NCBI GenBank assembly: GCA_040905465.1
Contig: JBBDRK010000054.1
Coordinates: 12,697-76,696 of the forward strand
Reading direction: 5' to 3'
DNA from: Trueperaceae bacterium
GTDB lineage: Bacteria; Deinococcota; Deinococci; Deinococcales; Trueperaceae
DNA: 64,000 bases
Below are positions 38,050 through 47,615 of this stretch, piece after piece (position 1 is the first letter of the stretch; each line of letters starts with the position of its first letter). The translations under genes were made by a program, and so were the position numbers. Under the pieces are notes generated by a model, which was not told the origin of the DNA, ran no database searches, and saw only the letters and a list, made by a program, of their open reading frames with translations.

Positions 38050-40827
38050 ATGAAAAAACTTCTGATTACGCTCCTGGCTGCTTTGATCGCCAGCGGTGCC
38101 TACGCTCAGTTTCCGGACATTCCGGATAACCACTGGGCCGCCGACGCCGTTGCCGAGATCACCGAGCTAGGAATCATCATCGGCTTCCCCGACGGGACCT
38201 TCCGTGGTAATGAGGCGTTCACCCGCTATCAGTCCGCGCTGGTGGTCTCCCGACTGCTCGACGTCATCAACGAAGACCTCGACGCCCGCATGGCCCTGTC
38301 CGAAGAGGACCAGGCTTCTTTGCGCAACGCGTTGCAGGAACTCGCTTCCGACGTTGCCGCCCAGGGAGTCCGTCTCTCCTCGGTGGAGAGCTCGGTCGCC
38401 TCGCTGTCAGACGACGTCTCCGGCAACACCAGCCGCCTCGACGAACTCGAGAGCATGCTCGGTGATCTCGGTGATACCGATCCCGACGTTGTGCGCGACC
38501 TGCTCAACCAGCTCGCTTCGCAGCGGGTAGCCGTCGACACCGCCCAGGCACAGGCCGAAGCGGCCGAGGCGCTCGCCAACGACGCAAGCGACGCGGCCAA
38601 CGCCGCGGCTGCTCGCGCCCGGCAGAACGCCGACGCCATCTCCGCCCTGAACTCTGTTGTCCAGGGACTCGGCGACCGCATCAGCTCCCTGGAGCAGGCT
38701 GCCGGTCGTCCCGCCGCCCCCGGCGCCCCGGGCGTGCCCGCTGGTCTGACCGACCGCGTGTCTCGCAACGAGGCGGACATCGCCAACATTCGCGAGTTCG
38801 TTATCCTCCTCCGTCGTGATCAGGTCGCCCTGCGTGACCGTGTCTCGGCCCTGGAAGCGGAAACCGCTCGCATCGACTCGCTCGAAGAGCGCGTCACCGC
38901 GCTCGAAGAGAACCCGCTGGGCCTCTCCGGATCGATCAGCGTCGACTACCGCGTAGAGCGGATCATCGGCGAAGCGTTCGACGTCGACCGTGCCTACGGT
39001 CTCAACAACGACCGTGACATGGGCGCTTCGGTGTTCAGCAGCGGCGCCGTGGACGTTGACGGAGACGACAACACCGACGAGGTCGGTGAAAGGGCACAGG
39101 ATCGCGCCGACATCACCGGCGAAGATCAGCCCGTCGAAGCGACACTCGACCTGAGCGCCGACTTCGGCAACCTGTTCGACGCCGCCGGCTCGCCCAGCGC
39201 CTTGAACCAGTTCAGCGCCGCGGTCAGCATCGACCTCAAGAAGGCCGTGGGCCTTACCGGCACCGACGGTAACCTGTTCGACGGTTATGTCTTCCACGTC
39301 GACGAGTTCACCGTTACCTTCGACCCCATCGGCGGCGATCCGCTCACCTTCACCTACGGTGAGGAAGTGTCCGTCGAGTTCACTCCGTACGTCTTCGGCC
39401 TGGACGAGCAGCCCGGCTTCGTCGTTTCGATCGGCACGCCTGACTTCCTGGCGTTCCTCGACCCGACGCTGACCGCCGCTCACACCGGTCAGGACACCGA
39501 CACCGACGGCGAGCTCGACTTCTTCAAGTCCGGCGTTCGCCTGACTATGAGCCCGTTCGAAGGCTTCACCCTCGGCGCCTCGTACGCACAGGCCGCCGAG
39601 AATGCCGAAGACAAGGACGACGTCCTCAACAACAACGTGGACACCACCGTCTACGGCGTCGACGGCTCCGTCAGCCTGAGCATCTTCGACCTGGGCTTCG
39701 AGTACGCGACCGGCACTATCGAAGGGGCCACCCCGGCCACCAAGAACGTGCTGTTCGTCGAGCTCGACGTTGACGCAACCGCTCTGCCGTTGCTCAACGA
39801 GCTCAGCGCCAACTACCGTGACGTCCCTGGCGCCTGGGGCCCCTACGGCCTCGTCGACGGCAACGACCCGACCTACGATTACGATCAGGCCGGCTTCATG
39901 GTTGCCGCGGGCCTCGGCCTCTTCATCCTCGATGTCGATGCCTACTTCGACTCGTACCGCACGGGCAGCCCGTCCGCTACCGTCAGCGCCTTCGGCGTGG
40001 ACGTGAGCGCCGACCTGTTCGCAGGCTTTGCCCTCACCGGCTTCTACCACCAGGCCTCGGTCAACGGTTCTGCCGTCGACTCCACGGCCAGCCCGGTCGA
40101 CGCTTCCGAAGCAATGGTTGTCGGCGCTTCGGTCGAGCGCGACGACAACGGCTATGACACCGGCTTCGGTGTTGGGCTCGTTCACGACGGCGCCGGCGAA
40201 AACGCGCTCATCAGCGGCCTGAACCTCGAGGTGGCCTACAGCCAGCTCGAAGCCGACTTCAGCCGCAGCGAGCTGCTGGCTGCCGCCGACATGGATCTGT
40301 CCATCACCATCCTCAACCTCACCCCGTACGTTTCGTACGAGACCAGCACGGACAGCGACGTCGACGTCACCTCGGTCGACAGCACCGAGATGAAGGTCGG
40401 CACCGGCCTGTCCACCGCACCTCTGGGAGTGTTCTTCTCCCCGAGCCTGGAAGCTGCCGTGAACTACCGTACGGCCAGCTACTCTGACGCCGGCAGCGGC
40501 GCTGCCGACTTCACCGCCACTGAAATGCAGTGGAGCGTCGGACTCGTCCTCAACGAGTTCCTGTTCGACAACAGCAGCCTGACCGCCAAGTACGGCTCCT
40601 GGAACGGCACCAACGTCGGCGCTGGCGATCTCGGTGGCGAAGGTGCCACTGACATCTCCGGCAGCGACACCGCCGGTACCGGTGACCAGTCCGTCAGCGG
40701 CTACGAGCTCGCCTGGACCTACTTCGACCTCGAAGTGGCCTACGGCGTGTACGTTGCGGACGAGGGCGGCGCTGCCGACCCGAGCTCCGGCCAGGTCTTC
40801 TCGATCGCTTACGCGGTCGACTTCTAA
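38050..40827 (+). CDS. slpA: SlpA-type S-layer/outer-membrane protein (SLH, coiled coil, beta-barrel)
   Basis: Signal peptide, SLH FPDIPDNHWA...GFPDGTFRG..TRYQ, long coiled coil, acidic beta-strand region, C-terminal Phe, strong codon bias. Confidence 0.88.
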   Translation: MKKLLITLLAALIASGAYAQFPDIPDNHWAADAVAEITELGIIIGFPDGTFRGNEAFTRYQSALVVSRLLDVINEDLDARMALSEEDQASLRNALQELASDVAAQGVRLSSVESSVASLSDDVSGNTSRLDELESMLGDLGDTDPDVVRDLLNQLASQRVAVDTAQAQAEAAEALANDASDAANAAAARARQNADAISALNSVVQGLGDRISSLEQAAGRPAAPGAPGVPAGLTDRVSRNEADIANIREFVILLRRDQVALRDRVSALEAETARIDSLEERVTALEENPLGLSGSISVDYRVERIIGEAFDVDRAYGLNNDRDMGASVFSSGAVDVDGDDNTDEVGERAQDRADITGEDQPVEATLDLSADFGNLFDAAGSPSALNQFSAAVSIDLKKAVGLTGTDGNLFDGYVFHVDEFTVTFDPIGGDPLTFTYGEEVSVEFTPYVFGLDEQPGFVVSIGTPDFLAFLDPTLTAAHTGQDTDTDGELDFFKSGVRLTMSPFEGFTLGASYAQAAENAEDKDDVLNNNVDTTVYGVDGSVSLSIFDLGFEYATGTIEGATPATKNVLFVELDVDATALPLLNELSANYRDVPGAWGPYGLVDGNDPTYDYDQAGFMVAAGLGLFILDVDAYFDSYRTGSPSATVSAFGVDVSADLFAGFALTGFYHQASVNGSAVDSTASPVDASEAMVVGASVERDDNGYDTGFGVGLVHDGAGENALISGLNLEVAYSQLEADFSRSELLAAADMDLSITILNLTPYVSYETSTDSDVDVTSVDSTEMKVGTGLSTAPLGVFFSPSLEAAVNYRTASYSDAGSGAADFTATEMQWSVGLVLNEFLFDNSSLTAKYGSWNGTNVGAGDLGGEGATDISGSDTAGTGDQSVSGYELAWTYFDLEVAYGVYVADEGGAADPSSGQVFSIAYAVDF

Positions 40828-40853
40828 GAAGTCAACCGGTAAACGAAGCAGTT

Positions 40854-40885
40854 GCGAGCCCCGCGAAAGCGGGGCTCGCTCTTCT
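40854..40885 (+). terminator. Intrinsic terminator after slpA
   Basis: GCGAGCCCCGC-GAAA-GCGGGGCTCGC followed by TCTTCT. Confidence 0.85.
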
Positions 40886-40981
40886 GTGAGGGCGCCCGGC
40901 CGGACGCCCTCTTGGCGTGGCAAGCGTCTTGCCGGCTGCGGCATACGCTGTCGGTTGCGGGTCCGGCCGCACTGGGCAGCG

Positions 40982-41854
40982 CTAGGCGATCACCCGTAGC
41001 GACGCCGGTTGCAGCTCGACGTCGATCCGGTCGGCCGGAGGCTGCAGCTCGCCCTCCAGGTGGGCGGGCCGTGGCACGCTCCAGATGATCGAAAGTTCCC
41101 GGCCGCGCAAAAGCCGCACGCCCGGCCGGTTCAGATGGGTGCCGGCCAGTACCCGCGGAAGTATTCCGAGTGCACCCAGGCGGCCGAAATCCCCGGCGAT
41201 CACGATGTCGAGCAGGCCGTCGTCGAGGCAGGCTTCGGGGGCCAACGGAAACGAACCGCCGCTGCGCGGGCCGTTCTGGGCGGATACCAGCAACGTCGGT
41301 CCGGTGTGCACCAGCGCCCCGTCGACGGTTATCTCCGCCGGCACACTCGCCAGACGCGCCAGCGCGCGGAATATGCCGTACAGATAGGCGTTTCGCTCGC
41401 GCAGCGGCCAGGGCGCCCGCAACGCGGCCACCGCGACTTCGGCGTCGAAACCGGTACCGGCGGCGTTGACGAACCGCATGCCGTTGGCCAGCCCGGTGTC
41501 CACGAGCCGGGCGCGGCCGAACAGGACACGGTCAACGGCGGCCTCCAGGTCGTACCTGGCGATTCCCAGGGCGTGGGCGAAGTCGTCACCCGATCCGGCC
41601 GGAAGTACCCCCAGCGTTCGGCCGGTAGCGGTGCAGGCAGCTGCCACCTCCTGTACCGTCCCATCGCCGCCGAGCGCAATGACGGTGGTGTCCTCGGGCA
41701 GGGACTCGGTGTACCGCGTGGCGTCGCCCGGTGCAGCGGTGATGAATTCGTGCGCTTGCCGTCCCGCCGCTTCGAAGCGTGAGCGCACCCGGGCGAGCGC
41801 GTCTCTGACCCGGCCTTTGCCGGCTACCGGGTTAAATATCACGTGATAGGTCAC
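40982..41854 (-). CDS. Diacylglycerol/lipid kinase (YegS/DgkB family)
   Basis: NPVAG, GGDGT, PAGSGDDFA, GTGFDA. Confidence 0.9.
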   Translation of the reverse strand: MTYHVIFNPVAGKGRVRDALARVRSRFEAAGRQAHEFITAAPGDATRYTESLPEDTTVIALGGDGTVQEVAAACTATGRTLGVLPAGSGDDFAHALGIARYDLEAAVDRVLFGRARLVDTGLANGMRFVNAAGTGFDAEVAVAALRAPWPLRERNAYLYGIFRALARLASVPAEITVDGALVHTGPTLLVSAQNGPRSGGSFPLAPEACLDDGLLDIVIAGDFGRLGALGILPRVLAGTHLNRPGVRLLRGRELSIIWSVPRPAHLEGELQPPADRIDVELQPASLRVIA

Positions 41855-41927
41855 TTCCAGAGATTGTAGCCCTCATACCTGCGACCATCTTCTCGGTCTG
41901 GCGCCACCGCTGCGTTACGCTTGCACC

Positions 41928-42425
41928 ATGGAAACCGGAGAGCACGTACTGATGGCCATCCACAAGACTCTCACAGCCCAGAAGAGGCTGGCGGAACGGG
42001 CGCTCGAGCAGCTCGACAGCGCTGACTTTCATTGGACGCCCGACAGCGAGTCGAACAGTATCGCGATCATAGTCAAGCACGTGGCCGGCAACATGCGCTC
42101 GCGCTGGACGGACTTTCTCACCAGCGATGGCGAAAAGCCCGACCGCAACCGCGACGGCGAGTTCATCGACGATCTCGGCTCTGCCGAGCAGGTCCTGGCA
42201 GTTTGGGAGGAGGGCTGGGAGCGGCTCTTCGACACGCTGGCGACGTTGACGCCCGAGCAGTTGCAGCGCACGGTGACGGTGGTAGGCCGCGAGCACACGG
42301 TTACCGAGGCCCTACTGGGCCAGCTCGGCCACTACGCCCAGCACGTCGGTCAGATCGTCTACCTGGCAAAGCTGCGTCTGGGCGAGCGCTGGCAGACGGT
42401 GTCGATTCCCAGGCGGCGGGCTTAA
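41928..42425 (+). CDS. DUF1572 (DinB-like) protein
   Basis: SNSIAIIVKHVAGNMRSRWTDFLTSDGEKPDRNRDGEF. Confidence 0.9.
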   Translation: METGEHVLMAIHKTLTAQKRLAERALEQLDSADFHWTPDSESNSIAIIVKHVAGNMRSRWTDFLTSDGEKPDRNRDGEFIDDLGSAEQVLAVWEEGWERLFDTLATLTPEQLQRTVTVVGREHTVTEALLGQLGHYAQHVGQIVYLAKLRLGERWQTVSIPRRRA

Positions 42426-42461
42426 TTCGGCCAGGGTGCGACCGGCGTTACAATCGGTGTC

Positions 42462-43130
42462 ATGACCGATCCGCGGGAACTGTTCCGGCTAGGCGGCATT
42501 CCGTCCGAGCTCGCCGAACTCTTGCAGGTAGAGTACGTCTGGCAGGTGCTCGAGCGACTCGACAGGTTCGGCCCGAGCATCGGTCACGAGCTTCGCGGCA
42601 ACGTCCACCCGACAGCGATAGTGAACGGAGCGGCGTACGTGGCCGAGGACGCCGAGATAGGGCCGTACGCATTGATCGACGGCCCGGCCTGGATCGGACC
42701 GGGCGCGTTCGTGGGCCACGCTGCGTTCGTACGCGGCCCGGTAGTGCTCATGGCCGGGGCCAGAGTGGGGCACGCCAGCGAGGTGAAGCGCTCGGTCCTA
42801 TTGCCCGGCGCCCGGGCACCACACTTCAACTACGTCGGCGACAGCGTCCTGGGGCATGCCGTGAACCTCGGCGCCGGCGTGAAGATAGCTAACTTCAAGA
42901 CGTTCGGCGACGCAATTCGCATGGACGGCCAGGAGACCGGGCTGCGCAAGTTGGGCGCCGCCGTGGGCGACGACGTATCCATCGGCTGCAACGCGGTGCT
43001 CTCGCCGGGCACGATCGTCGGTCCGCGCAGCGTGATCTACAACGGCGCGTTGGTTCGCGGAACGATCCCGCCCGCCACTGTCGTAAAGGCGCGCCTGGAA
43101 CACGAACAGGTTCCGCTCGATGGTGACTGA
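42462..43130 (+). CDS. Hexapeptide-repeat acyltransferase (GlmU C-terminal-like)
   Basis: Left-handed beta-helix repeats, HFNYVGDS, RKLGA. Confidence 0.85.
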   Translation: MTDPRELFRLGGIPSELAELLQVEYVWQVLERLDRFGPSIGHELRGNVHPTAIVNGAAYVAEDAEIGPYALIDGPAWIGPGAFVGHAAFVRGPVVLMAGARVGHASEVKRSVLLPGARAPHFNYVGDSVLGHAVNLGAGVKIANFKTFGDAIRMDGQETGLRKLGAAVGDDVSIGCNAVLSPGTIVGPRSVIYNGALVRGTIPPATVVKARLEHEQVPLDGD

Positions 43131-43233
43131 AGTGGATGCGCCGGCTGCCCCGGCCTCCTGCCGCCGGCCGTTACTGCGAGGCGCCGATCCCCTGGGACTC
43201 GACGAACAGGAGCGGGCTACCGGGTTCTGTGTC

Positions 43234-43764
43234 TCAGGTGGCGGGCTCGAGCAGCCCGTAGTTGCCGTCGTGCCGAAGGTAGATCACGTTGATCTCCTCC
43301 GTCTCGAGGTTGCGAAACATGAAGAAGCTGTGGCCGAGGGCCTCCATCTGCACGGCGGCGTCCTCGGGCGCCATCGGTCGCAGCACATGGCGTTTGACCC
43401 GTACGATAGCCGGCCCGTCCGGTTCCGGTTCGGGCAGCGGCGGTAACGGCGGCTCCTCGCTGCGCTTGGCCTGGAACTTGCCCTTGAAGCGCTTGAGCTG
43501 GCGCTCGAGCTTGTCGATGACCTTGTCGACCGCCGCGTAGCTGTCCAGGCCCCGCTCCTCGGCCCTGATCAAGCCGTTCGGGACGCGAACCTGCACCTCG
43601 ACGCGAGCAGGATCCTCGACCCCGTCACCTCCGTACGACATCACCACGCGGGCGTCCATAATCTGGTCCGAGAAGCGCTCCAGCTTGCTGAGCTTGTCCT
43701 CGGCGTATGTGCGCATCGCGTCGGTGATCTCGAGGTTGCGACCGATCAGCTCGTAGATGTTCAT
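43234..43764 (-). CDS. hpf: Long ribosome hibernation promoting factor
   Basis: GRNLEITDA, DKLERQL, EDAAVQMEALGHSFFMF. Confidence 0.94.
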   Translation of the reverse strand: MNIYELIGRNLEITDAMRTYAEDKLSKLERFSDQIMDARVVMSYGGDGVEDPARVEVQVRVPNGLIRAEERGLDSYAAVDKVIDKLERQLKRFKGKFQAKRSEEPPLPPLPEPEPDGPAIVRVKRHVLRPMAPEDAAVQMEALGHSFFMFRNLETEEINVIYLRHDGNYGLLEPAT

Positions 43765-43898
43765 GTCGCTCCTTCCGAGAAGGCCCGCTGCCTCCCCAAG
43801 CCCGCCAGATTTGGACGTAAGTCTATCACCTGGTCCGCTCGGGGTTCGGCGCGTTCGAAAGGCGGCAGGCAGGCCCACAGATGGGCAGCCGCACCCGC

Positions 43899-44147
43899 TC
43901 AGGACGCTTCGGCGTTGCTCAGCGGCAGGTTGGCGACGAAGACCATTCGGTCGCCCTGCTGCTCCACCTTCACGTCGTAATCGGTTTCGCTTGCCGGGAA
44001 GTAACGGCCGATCACTTCGAGCAGCTCGTTCTTGAGATCCTCTATCCGCCCCGGGCTGAGATTGGCTCGGTCGTAGGACAGCACCAGCTTCAGCCGTTCC
44101 TTGAGCTCGTCCTTGCTCTTGCGGCGACCGAACAGTCGGAACATCAT
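43899..44147 (-). CDS. minE: Cell division topological specificity factor
   Basis: KERLKLVLSYDR, ELLEVIGRY, ANLP. Confidence 0.93.
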   Translation of the reverse strand: MMFRLFGRRKSKDELKERLKLVLSYDRANLSPGRIEDLKNELLEVIGRYFPASETDYDVKVEQQGDRMVFVANLPLSNAEAS

Positions 44148-44953
44148 GAGCCTCCGAAGAGCCGGCGAAGGCCGGAGAAGAGACCGGCGTTCTGCTCCAT
44201 TGCCGCGAACGGAATCTCCTCGCCGTTCAACCGGCGGGCGATCTGGCGAAAGGCGTTGCCGGCGCCGTTCTTGGAGCTCTCGTCGAGACTGGCTGGACTG
44301 CCGATGTTGGTCGATACCAGGACGCGTTCATCTTCGGGGACTATCCCGATCAGCTTTACACCGAGTATCTCCAGGACATCATCGACCTCGAGCATGTCTC
44401 CGCGCTTCACCATTTCGGGGCGCAGCCGGTTCACCACCAGCCGTACCTCGGTAATCTCCCGCGCCTCGAGCAGGCCGATGATCCGGTCTGCATCGCGCAC
44501 GCTCGACACCTCCGGGTTCACCACCACCAGCGCGCCTTCGGCTGCTCCGGCGGCCGTCTGGAAGCCCGATTCGATGCCGGCGGGAGAATCGATCAGGATC
44601 CGGTCGAATTCCTCCTCCTCGAGGAGGCGCTTGACAGTGTCCTGCATCAGCTCGACCGACAGCGCGCTCTTGTCGCGGGTCTGAGAAGCAGCCAGAAGGT
44701 GGAGGTTGGGTGTGCGCTTGTCGCGGATGAGCGCCTGCTTGAGCTTGCAACGACCCTCGAAGACATCGATGAGATCGTAGACTACGCGCCCTTCGAGGCC
44801 CATGACCACATCGAGGTTGCGCAGACCGACGTCGGTGTCGATGACCACTACCTTCTCGCCCAGGTTGGCGAGAGCGGCACCTACGTTGGCGGTGGTGGTC
44901 GTCTTGCCGACTCCTCCTTTGCCTGACGTCACCACAATGGCTTTGGCTTTCAC
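44144..44953 (-). CDS. minD: Septum site-determining ATPase
   Basis: SGKGGVGKTT, GLRNLD, DSPAGIE, C-terminal amphipathic helix. Confidence 0.97.
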   Translation of the reverse strand: MKAKAIVVTSGKGGVGKTTTTANVGAALANLGEKVVVIDTDVGLRNLDVVMGLEGRVVYDLIDVFEGRCKLKQALIRDKRTPNLHLLAASQTRDKSALSVELMQDTVKRLLEEEEFDRILIDSPAGIESGFQTAAGAAEGALVVVNPEVSSVRDADRIIGLLEAREITEVRLVVNRLRPEMVKRGDMLEVDDVLEILGVKLIGIVPEDERVLVSTNIGSPASLDESSKNGAGNAFRQIARRLNGEEIPFAAMEQNAGLFSGLRRLFGGS

Positions 44954-45114
44954 TGTTCGGGCCTCCTAAGATCGGCGCTTGGGATGCGCGAGTTGCATTG
45001 TTGGAACACGACGGCAGGTGGTTGTCAACGCAGCACTATAACATTGTTGCCGGCGCTACCAACGGCCCTACCGGCCGCCTGCGTGGCGGGCGAAAATGCG
45101 TCGCAGACACGACA

Positions 45115-47385
45115 TTACGCCAGGCTGAGATTGGCATAGCGCACCAACAGCCGCTTGGGTCCCGCCTTGTCGAAAATAACGGTAATCTCCGCCCGGACCC
45201 CTTCACCCGAGACCCCTACGACAGTACCGCTGCCGAACTTCGGATGGCTCACCTTCTCGCCACCGCGGAAGCTGATCTCGCTCGATCTGACACCGTTTTC
45301 GGCTACTCCGCCTTCGGTGCCCGCCAGGCTGGGCGGTTGCCAAAGCTGCCGCGAGAACTTGCTGAGCTGGGCCACCTCGTTCAGCTCCTGGCCCAGCAGG
45401 TCGATCTCGCACAGCATCCCCTTTGGCACGTCCTGGAGGAAGCGGCTGGGGCGCGCCATGTCGGTACGACCGAACGACATTCGCGACTCGCAGTGCACCA
45501 GGAACAGCTCCTCCTGGGCCCGCGTGATGCCCACGTAGAGAAGCCGACGCTCCTCTTCGAGTTCGTGGAGGCTGGCCGTCGAGGACCGGTGCGGAATGAG
45601 GTTCTCCTCGAGACCCACCAGGAACACTACCGGGAACTCCAGGCCCTTGGCGTTGTGGAGGGTCATGAGCGTCACAGCTTCGTCCGGTACGTCGTCGTTC
45701 ACCGCCTTTACCGCCCGGTCGTCCAGGCTGGCCATCAGCGATGCTTCGTCGAGGAACTGGCCGATTGAGCCGCCGCCATCCTCCTCCTGCCACTCGATCA
45801 CCGCGTTGAGCAGCTCTTCCAGGTTCTCCAGCCGCCCTTGGGAGTCGAACGAACCCTCGTCCTTGAGAGCCTGCATGTAGCCGCTCTGGTCCATCACCGC
45901 CTTGAGGAACTGGGCGGCGCCCAAGGTGTCGGCCGCCTCGGTCAGGTCGGTCATCAGCTCCATGAATTCGTCGATGCGCCTGACCGCCGGAGTGCCGGGC
46001 AGGATTTCGTCTACTTTGCGCAGCGCGTCGACGAACCGCATCGTGTTGCCGGCGGCCCAGGATGTCAGCTTCTCCTCGCTGGTCTTGCCGATGCCGCGCT
46101 TGGGTCGGTTGAGGATCCGCTTCCAGGCGATGTCGTCAGACGCGTTGAGCGCCGCCCTGGCATAGGAGAGGATGTCCTTGACCTCACGCCGCTCGTAGAA
46201 CCCTACTCCACCGACGATCTTGGCGGGAATCGACGCGCGCCGCATCGCCTCCTCGAGCACGCGGGACTGCGAGTTGGTGCGGTAGAGCACGGCGAAATCG
46301 TTCGGGCTCAGCTTCCGTTCGGCCATCAACCGCTCCACCGTGCGGGCCACGAAGTCGGACTCGCTGCGGTGGTCGGTGGCGCGGTAGATCCGTACCTTCT
46401 CGCCGGCGCCCTTGACCGGCTTCAGATCCTTTTCCAGTCGCCCCTGATTGTGGAGGATGAGGGCGTTGGCCAGCTCGAGCACCGAGCCGATCGAGCGGTA
46501 GTTGAGCTCCAGTTGGTAGACGGTGGCTTCGGGATAGTCCTTCTGGAAGTCGAGGATATTGCGTATGTCCGCACCCCGAAACGAGTAGACCGACTGGTCG
46601 GGATCCCCCACCACCATCAGGTTCCGGTCGGCCGCCCCGGCGAGCTGCGAGGTCAGCTTGTACTGAACCGCGTTGGTGTCCTGGTATTCGTCGACGTGCA
46701 CGAACAGGGCGCGTTGCCGAACGAGATCCAGCACCTCTGGGCGGGTCTCGAAGAGCTCGACGGTGCGACCGAGTATGTCGTTGAAGTCGACGGCGTTGGC
46801 CTGGCGCAGGCGCGACTGGTAGCGGCCGTACGCCTCGGAAACGAGGTTGAGTTGCATTCCGGCCACCATGCTGCCGAACAGGCGCTCGCCCTCGCTTTCC
46901 AGCCCTTCCGGGCTCAGCAGGTTCGACTTCGCGCGATCGATCAGCGAACGCAACACCCTCGGGTTGGCGTCCGCCATGCCCTGCACGCTCGCCAGGATCT
47001 CCTTGAGCACCTCGAGCTGGTCGGTGTCGTCGTAGATGGCGAAACCGTTCCGCAATCCGATCAGTTCGCCGTAGGTGCGCAGCACCCGCAGGCAGGCCGA
47101 GTGAAAGGTGGCTACCCACAGGTCACGGGCGCTGGGACCTATCAGCTCGACCACCCGCTCGCGGAGTTCGCCCGCGGCCTTGTTGGTGAAGGTTACCGCC
47201 AGGATCTGCTGCGGCAGCACGCCGCGCTCTTCCATCAGATAAGCGACGCGCTGCACAATGGTGCGCGTCTTGCCGGAACCGGCGCCGGCCACGACCAGCG
47301 CCGGGCCTTCGAAATGCAGCACCGCGGCGCGCTGCTGGTCGTTCAGTTTCTCGAGTAGGGGATGATCGGGGATAGCTTCGGACAC
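45115..47385 (-). CDS. uvrD: UvrD/PcrA ATP-dependent DNA helicase
   Basis: AGAGSGKT, DEYQD, NYRS, KGLEF, YVGITRA, C-terminal HPKFG. Confidence 0.95.
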   Translation of the reverse strand: MSEAIPDHPLLEKLNDQQRAAVLHFEGPALVVAGAGSGKTRTIVQRVAYLMEERGVLPQQILAVTFTNKAAGELRERVVELIGPSARDLWVATFHSACLRVLRTYGELIGLRNGFAIYDDTDQLEVLKEILASVQGMADANPRVLRSLIDRAKSNLLSPEGLESEGERLFGSMVAGMQLNLVSEAYGRYQSRLRQANAVDFNDILGRTVELFETRPEVLDLVRQRALFVHVDEYQDTNAVQYKLTSQLAGAADRNLMVVGDPDQSVYSFRGADIRNILDFQKDYPEATVYQLELNYRSIGSVLELANALILHNQGRLEKDLKPVKGAGEKVRIYRATDHRSESDFVARTVERLMAERKLSPNDFAVLYRTNSQSRVLEEAMRRASIPAKIVGGVGFYERREVKDILSYARAALNASDDIAWKRILNRPKRGIGKTSEEKLTSWAAGNTMRFVDALRKVDEILPGTPAVRRIDEFMELMTDLTEAADTLGAAQFLKAVMDQSGYMQALKDEGSFDSQGRLENLEELLNAVIEWQEEDGGGSIGQFLDEASLMASLDDRAVKAVNDDVPDEAVTLMTLHNAKGLEFPVVFLVGLEENLIPHRSSTASLHELEEERRLLYVGITRAQEELFLVHCESRMSFGRTDMARPSRFLQDVPKGMLCEIDLLGQELNEVAQLSKFSRQLWQPPSLAGTEGGVAENGVRSSEISFRGGEKVSHPKFGSGTVVGVSGEGVRAEITVIFDKAGPKRLLVRYANLSLA

Positions 47386-47615
47386 GGCGGGTCATCATAC
47401 CGCCTGTTTCCCGGACGGCCGGCTGTCCCCGAACCAACTCCGGCAGAGGTCCGACATCATAGTCCCAGGCGAAGTGAGCGGCTGCATTTGGCCGGCCGGT
47501 CGCTTGCATCTCGGGCGTGAATGTCTTACAGAAACCGTTTTCACCAAAACTTTGAGGTATATTCAGATGTTCCGGACAATGATATAGCAAACCCGAGGAC
47601 AGTTTAGGGGAACAC

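Noticed and set aside
38407-40944. 845-aa minus-strand ORF opposite slpA
   Set aside because: Antisense shadow caused by the strong codon bias of slpA; no motifs.
43899-44953. minDE without adjacent minC
   Set aside because: minC can be encoded elsewhere; absence cannot be judged from one window.
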